From positions 868,001 to 932,000 of the forward strand of contig CP145418.1 in assembly GCA_036867785.1 (NCBI GenBank): DNA of 64,000 bases. Direction: 5' to 3'. Of the stretch, positions 57,727-64,000 are shown one piece after another; the first letter of the stretch is position 1, and each line of letters begins with the position of its first letter. The notes beneath the pieces were generated by a model. The model worked only from the letters and a program-made list of their open reading frames with translations, did not search any database and was not told where the DNA came from. The position numbers and the translations under genes are program-made. Source of the stretch: Plasmodiophora brassicae (Eukaryota).

Positions 57727-58439
57727 TTCGGCGGTAGGGATGGAATGTCGTCTTCACGCTGGTTCTCTAGTCAATGATAATGGCACTGCGACGGTTCAAA
57801 CAATTTGATCGCGCCGCGGACCTCGGGATGCCGCAGAGCGCCGGGGGGGCGGCGGGGCTTGGCCTGCTCCGCATCGGACTGCGCAGCTCCTCGTGGGCCG
57901 TGGCATACTGCAACGCGTCGTGCCGAGCGCACGTCGGTAATGATGACTCGCCAGCCACCCTGTCCCGGGCATGCCGTACGCAACCCTGTTAGTCACGTAC
58001 GGCATGCCCCGCGAAACGGATGACACCTATCCTGTTCTGCGTTTTCATGGTCGTCCGCATTATGCTGGAACGAGGCGGTGTAAGTGCCACCCCGAATGTT
58101 GGCTGATGACGCTGGTGACCGATTCCACCAGGTACGTGGTTCACCAGTACTGGCAAGCCGTCACCGATGATCTCTTCAGCGAAGCCCGCATATAAGGTGC
58201 CCGATCTATCGGAACCTTCTCGGGTATGCACTGCTGTCAGAGTCTCGCTCCGTTATAAGGTTGTCCTCAATAACAAGCAAATCAGCTTCATTGCGGATCA
58301 CAGCTTCGATGAAATTTCGTCGGTGGAAAAGATGTACTCGCGTTCGATATTCGGACGCGGACATGATCAGCTAACGCGTGAACAGATCGCTCGCGGCAAC
58401 ACAGCCCTCTCCAAATAGTTTTCGGATCGTCCGGAACTC

Positions 58440-59690
58440 CTGGCAGTTCCTGACCATCATGCCCGCCAGCGATCCATTGGCAAGCTTCAACAAGATGCAC
58501 ATCGTCGAATACGGTCTCACGATTATCGGCCGAGATCCTGTGACTCACCAGATGTGCGCCTCTGAACGATGCCAGTCCTTCGCCTTCTGTGGGCGCGAGG
58601 AGAAGGTTGGCGCGAAGCGAAAGAAGACGGGGAACGTCAAGTACTTCGATAAGTTCAAAACGCAATATTACGAGCAGCTCGTCAAAACACAACACGCCTA
58701 GGAATTGGAAGCGTACCGCTTGCTCTCCAATGACGACAAGCTGTCGCGTACTTCCAGAACAGTCAAAACCTGCAGAACACCCTTCTCCCTTATTATGCAG
58801 CTGAAGGCTCGACCACGTTCCTGTTCCACCGCCGATAGTCGACGATATCGTCGACGACCTCCTTTTCGACCGCAACAACGAGGACGTTGCGCGCGTTGCC
58901 GCGCGAACGTGCTCTGCCGCTGTTCAAGCTTTCGTTCCTCATGTCGACTAGTAGTAACGATGTCGTGGCGCAAATCGTCCGTGTTGTCGTTGCGGCAAAT
59001 CTTCAAGGCTTCTGCGTTCTGCAGGTGTTCTGTTGTATGTGGTGTAGCTACTGTCGTCGCAAACACTGCCCGCGGTGAGGCTAACTTCTCGACAATTAAT
59101 CGTGAGAAAGGCGATGGTGGCAAGCCATCACTCTCCGATTTCTCGCTTGCCACCATCGCCTTTCTCACGATTAATTGTCGAGAAGTCAGCTTCAACGCGG
59201 GCAGTGTTTGCGATGACGTCAGTAGCTACGCAGAACTGGCCTGCAGGACGTAGAAGCGCCGGTCGAGAATCTTCCAAGGCTCCTCAAACGAGGTTAACGT
59301 GTGTAGGTCGTCGATGGCCGCCTTGGTACGAGGTTCCTGCCGGTATGCAGCGCGAAGCTCGCCAAACTCGGTTTCGATTTGCTGGATGTCGGCCTCTGTT
59401 TTACCATTTCGAAGTAGCCGCGGCTTTAACTGGGTCATGGCAGCTCCGAACGCAGAACCACGAACCTTCAACAACTCCTGTATGGTGACAGGGGGTAGTT
59501 TGCGAACCAAGGCCTTGCTCATGCTATCGCGCTCAGCAACAACGTTCGCAAGTCCATCAACTGCGCCTGCAAACAGCTGCACTAAAGATACGACCATGGC
59601 TCTGTCATCCGGGCTCAAGGCTGCCATCGACTCCATCACGTGTGATCCCAGGTCATATATAGCTTGACACGACCCACCAGACATAATATA
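58440..59690. mobile_element. Rearranged hAT-like transposase relic: N-terminal piece on +, C-terminal piece on -, meeting at a hairpin
   Basis: YGLTIIGRDP..C..FCGREEKVGAKRK..NVKYF (in-frame stop at 58699); AERD..LPPV..EL, TSFEEPW and ATV.ANTA.VEADFS..EK..SLSDFSL, resembling the hAT C-terminal dimerisation region. Confidence 0.65.
59044..59229. repeat. Inverted repeat, arms 59044-59125 and 59145-59229, 19-nt loop, 42-bp perfect core
   Basis: acttctcgacaattaatcgtgagaaaggcgatggtggcaagc and its exact reverse complement. Confidence 0.95.
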
Positions 59691-59882
59691 TATTCGGCTG
59701 GGTTAGACGTGAGAGCTTGCCCAAGAAACAAAGGCCCATCGGCGAAACAGAGGTCGCGTAGGCCTTAAGGACTCACCGAGTTAGTAACACCGCAGATTCT
59801 ATAGGCAGATCATGCCCTTTACTTCCGGATAAGTAGGTAGTTGTTGCCCAGTTTCTAATCACGTCGGTTGTGTATTTGCCCG

Positions 59883-61457
59883 TCAGTCCGGGCCCGATAT
59901 CGCTGCTGTCCTCTTCGCAAATGCGACGAAAATGATTGGCGGGGCAGTGGCGCCGGGCGGTTCGTTGACCGCAGTAGGCGCATCAGCCTGTCTGGGTTGG
60001 AACATGAGGACGCGGAAGGCGGTGTCCAAGGCCCGCCCATTACAATACAAGGCAGCAGCGAGGAGGTACCCCTCAGGAGTGTACGCGAACCCTGGTAGTA
60101 GAGCGAGGATGACTGTCCCAGCACCGGCCATTATCATAGAGAGAGCCAGGCCCAGAGCACAGCGACTCAGGCGTTTCATCAGCATGTCCACCGACGCATG
60201 ACCTTGGTGTACCGCGTTACCAACCGTTCGATGCAGCACGTTCACAGTGCGATAGAACCGGACCACGCCGACAATGACGTTCATGCTGACGGCGACCTGC
60301 AACTGGATAGAGATGGCTGCTCCTCCCAACAGTATAAGTGGGGACTGGATGTTCATCGCGAGGCAGGTGCTGAACGCCGTGTCGAAGACGACTGGGACAA
60401 GGTAGAGCATTACCGATATGGCCGGATAATCGCCCTGGATGATCCGGTCGAACAGGGAAGGTTGGCGGCCGGGCATAATGTCGCCCAGCTTCTTGGCCCA
60501 CAGCCTGGCGGACACTAGTGAACAGTCCATACTCCATCCGCCCAGCAGTGTGATAAAGAACCCAGTGACGCTGGCTGGTAGCGTGTCGTCGCCCCACAGG
60601 CCGCCGACGGCCAGGATAACACCGGCCAGCGTCGCCGTGACCATTTCGATGTGCAGAGCGACGTATGGCAGGTCGGCCGTGTTGATAAAGAAGCGCAGGC
60701 AGCGACGACAAGTACGATGTTTGGCAGGCACTGTTTCAACGAAGCGTTCGTGCATGATGGCCGAATGCTGTACAACGAACATCATGGCCAGCAGTCCGGA
60801 ACCGATCAGGATCGCGCTCGGCAGGATCCGGACGAAGACCTGGTAACGCCACGAGGAGTACATGGGGCCCCACACATTCGTGTCGGAAAACATGGTGGCG
60901 TTGAGGTTCGGTGCCAGATCGGCCATGGCCTGGTATTCGTCCAACGTCGGGTGGATCTCCAGGAACATGGTCTTTGACGATCGGGCTAGTGCCCCTCTGG
61001 ATCCATCGTGATGGAACATGAATATGCCGGGTACCCCCAACCTCCTAGGCACTGACACCAACCATCAGCAACAACACACGTTGGCTGCGCCATCGTCCTT
61101 CTCGGCCTTACAGAGAATGCCAGCGGCACCTCGTGATTGCAGGTTGTAGAATATTGTCTCGTAGGAGCAGGACGCCGAGACGAGCCTCTGCACGTCGGCC
61201 AGGACGATCCGGTCCGCTAGCGACGTCACTGCCGGTGTGTCAAAGTCGCACAGGTCGCCATGGTAGACGTCGACAGGACGGGTGATCGGACCGGCATTGT
61301 CGCCCGGTTGAGGTCCAATGAACATGGTGGCCGATGGCGAGTACAGGACGGTGCTGTTGAGCCCTCCGGAATGGAACGTGACGGATCCGAGCACCGCATG
61401 CAATGCCGACCAGCACAGCAGGGGCGCGAGCACCGGCAGTGCCTGTCTCCACGCCAT
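59883..61457 (-). CDS. Signal peptide + PA-like ectodomain + 7TM receptor-like protein (paralog A), one intron
   Basis: MAWRQALPVLAPLLCWSALHAVLG; DLCD...DRIVLA...SCSYE...QSRGAAGILC; seven hydrophobic segments. Confidence 0.8.
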
Positions 61458-61528
61458 CGAACAAGCCATTCACAGTACTGTTTGCCGGTCGAACCGTACA
61501 CGTGGGAACATATCTTATGGCGGACTGT

Positions 61529-63103
61529 TTATTGCTGTTGATCGAAGACCGTTGTCTTCTTCTTAGCTGACGCGACCAAAGTTGGAGGTGGCTGAGTGCC
61601 CCGGCCCTGCAAGTGGATATCGCGTCGCCTGGGTTGGAACATGAGGACACGGAAGGCGCTGTCCAGAGCCCGTCCTGTGCAGAACAAGGTGGCCGCCACG
61701 AAGTACCCGTTCGGGGTGTACGCGTACCGGGGCGCCGCACCCAGCATGAGCGAACCGGAACAACTAAGCAGCATCGATATTGCCAACCCCAGCGCGCACC
61801 GGCTCAGCCGTATCATCAGGCGATCCACAGAGGCGTCACGCTCGACCGCATTGCGGACGTTGTGGTGGATCCCACTGACCGTTCGATAGTAGCGAACCAC
61901 GCCAACAATCACGTTCGAGCTGATGATGAGCTGGAGCAGGATCGTTATAGAAGGTCCAGAGGCGAGTATCCCGGGGGAGTGGATGTTGGTCGCCAGACAG
62001 ACGCTGAACAATGTGTCGAACACGACTGGCACAAGGTACAGGAATACCGAGGCGATCCAGAAGTCGCCCTCGACGATGCGGGTTATCAGGGAAGGTCGGC
62101 GACCAGGTGTGATATCGGCGAGCTTCTTCGCCCAAAGCCTTGCGGATACCAACGAGCAATCCATACCCCATCCGGTCAGGAGCGTCGTAAAGAACCCCAC
62201 GACGCTGGCTGGCAGGGTCGCGTTGCTCGAGTACCCACTGACGATCAGGAACGCACCGGCCAGCGTCGCCGTGATCGTTTCGAGGACAAGAGCGGCGTAC
62301 GGCAGGTCGACAATGCTGAGGAAGAATTGCAGACGGCGACGACCGGTGCGACGGCTGGCGACGACGGCCTCGTTGTACCGATCGTTCATAATCGCAGTGT
62401 GCTGCACGAGGAACGCCATGGCGAGCAGGCCGGAGACGATCAGGGTCAGCCCTGGCAGGATCCGGACAAAGATCTGATAGGGCAGTGAGGCATACATGGT
62501 GCCCCATACGTTCGGGTCAGGGAAAATCGTGGCATTCAAATGTGGCGCCATTGCAAGCGCCGCGTGGTACTCGACCTCGGTGGGCTGGATCCGCAGGCAC
62601 ATCGTGTGGGAGAAGCGGGTTCGCGCCCCTCGGCTGCCGTCCTGGTAGAACATCAGCATGCCTGGAACTGCCAGCATGCCCGGTACTGAGACGCGTGGTA
62701 CACACATCAGGGGCAGCCGGCCGCACATCAACGTCATCGGATTCGACCTACAGAGGATGCCGGCGGCGCCTCGCGACACCATGTTCAAGTAGATGGTCTC
62801 CTGGGAGCAGGACGCGGACGTCACCGCGTCGGTGCTCGCCAGGACAATCAGGCCCGATACCATCGTCGTCGACGCTGCCCCATTCGGATCGCACAGATCG
62901 TCGTTATAGACGACGACGGCGCCGGTGATCGGATCGTCACTGTCGCCGGGTTGGGGGCCGATAAACGAGGTGACCGATGGCGAGTATAGCGTCACGCCGT
63001 CGAGCACGCCCGAGTGAAAGGTCACGGTGCCGAACGCGACGCGCATCGTTATGCAGCAGCACAGGAAGCGTGTCACTGACGCGCGTGGCACCTCGCCCCT
63101 CAT
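61529..63103 (-). CDS. Signal peptide + PA-like ectodomain + 7TM receptor-like protein (paralog B), probable stop-free in-frame intron at about 62690-62750
   Basis: Aligns end to end with paralog A: VTFHSG, FIGPQPGD, RGAAGILC, GW.MDCSLVSARLWAKKL, RLSRCALGLA, GRALD.AFRVLMFQPR. Confidence 0.8.
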   Translation of the reverse strand: MRGEVPRASVTRFLCCCITMRVAFGTVTFHSGVLDGVTLYSPSVTSFIGPQPGDSDDPITGAVVVYNDDLCDPNGAASTTMVSGLIVLASTDAVTSASCSQETIYLNMVSRGAAGILCRSNPMTLMCGRLPLMCVPRVSVPGMLAVPGMLMFYQDGSRGARTRFSHTMCLRIQPTEVEYHAALAMAPHLNATIFPDPNVWGTMYASLPYQIFVRILPGLTLIVSGLLAMAFLVQHTAIMNDRYNEAVVASRRTGRRRLQFFLSIVDLPYAALVLETITATLAGAFLIVSGYSSNATLPASVVGFFTTLLTGWGMDCSLVSARLWAKKLADITPGRRPSLITRIVEGDFWIASVFLYLVPVVFDTLFSVCLATNIHSPGILASGPSITILLQLIISSNVIVGVVRYYRTVSGIHHNVRNAVERDASVDRLMIRLSRCALGLAISMLLSCSGSLMLGAAPRYAYTPNGYFVAATLFCTGRALDSAFRVLMFQPRRRDIHLQGRGTQPPPTLVASAKKKTTVFDQQQ

Positions 63104-63339
63104 CGCGTACGATACTGGCCAGTGTGCATCCGAACTAGTACTATTGTACGTTGAGGTCCAACTGTACAGCGTACCTCGGGCGATAATATCAAAGGATCGA
63201 AACCAATGGTGAAGACGCTGCCTGCGGGGCGAAGCGGCTCGTACCGGTGCTGCTACCGCGACAGCCCTGCTGGTCACGTACAGTATCATCACGCCCTAGT
63301 CGGGTGCGCGTTGCTGTCTGCTGCATCCGTCGCCAGTGA

Positions 63340-63530
63340 GGCCGTTCATTGGCCAACCGCAGGGGCCACAGGTAACGCCGAACCGGACACCCGACATGGG
63401 GCGATCTGCAACGACGATATCTGCGACAGGAACGCAGGGACCTCAACGACGCTCCATGATCGAATCGTCCTTGCGAACGCTAACTGGTTCGCTCTCGCGT
63501 CTTGCACCTGCGAGGCCATCGTCTCGTCCC
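63340..63530 (+). pseudogene. Inverted, frameshifted fragment of the PA-7TM ectodomain
   Basis: FIGQPQG, then in a shifted frame NDDICDRNAGTSTTLHDRIVLANANWFALASCTCEAI, versus NDDLCDPNGAASTTMVSGLIVLASTDAVTSASCSQETI in paralog B. Confidence 0.7.
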
Positions 63531-64000
63531 ATGTACGCTCAGGGTCAGACGGCGTCGACCTGATCTTCGAAGTCAATGTGCCTGATGACCCAGCCGTCTG
63601 TACGCAGACATCAGGTCGTTTGACCTGACACGAAGTCTCAATGCCGCCACGCTCCCCAATATGAACGTATGGGCGTCATCTACTCCCCCTGACGTTGCCT
63701 TCGTCCGAATCGTAACGTGTAACGGATCTTGTGGTCGTCCGACACGATGAGCATGGCATTTGCCGTCCATCACCGAGCCATAACGAGTACGTCCGGCAGC
63801 GACCCTGGCATCGCATACCATATGAAAACCGCCCTGTCGGATATCGTGGATCGAAGTGTACTCGAGAGGTAGGCAACGCCCGCCGCACATAGACCAACCT
63901 GGGCTCGCCCGTTGCTGCTGAGGATGCCGGTGCCCGTGCTGAAGCTGATAGCTCTGTCCTGGTCGGCATTGCACGTCGTCGTACGAGGATCCGTGACATT

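Noticed and set aside
59883-63103. Signal peptide peptidase-like (SPPL) identity for the PA + multi-TM genes
   Set aside because: They lack the YD, GxGD and PAL motifs and have seven rather than nine hydrophobic segments.
63573-64000. Minus-strand ORFs at the window end
   Set aside because: No recognisable motif and truncated by the window edge, so no call can be supported.

Overview
A compact, GC-rich eukaryotic genome segment, not prokaryotic. Genes are split by many short (about 50-70 nt) introns and intergenic gaps are often under 100 bp. Flagellar genes (CFAP300, CFAP161, SSNA1, CCDC17-like) and secreted SKP1-like/ankyrin proteins suggest a zoosporic plant-parasitic protist such as Plasmodiophora brassicae; this is inference, not verified. 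Bases 1-35 kb are mostly housekeeping genes: ALDH3, ROK fructokinase, DSP, Vps34, Clf1/CRNKL1, a BTB-BACK protein, RPS12, cyclin L and a GH47 mannosidase. Bases 35-64 kb are accessory-like. They hold a ~4 kb inverted segmental duplication (37.9-41.9 kb and 53.6-57.9 kb) that carries a candidate SKP1-ankyrin effector and brackets an 11.7 kb unique block, plus a family of signal peptide + PA-like + 7TM receptor genes. The most unusual pattern is that all three DNA-transposase relics in the window (Sola-like, CACTA/Tnp2-like, hAT-like) carry a short-loop fold-back inversion over a conserved transposase motif. Two apparent pseudoenzymes and a 247-nt poly-C run (probably an artefact) are also present. 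Exon boundaries were inferred by eye and family calls rest on remembered motifs; no database searches were run.
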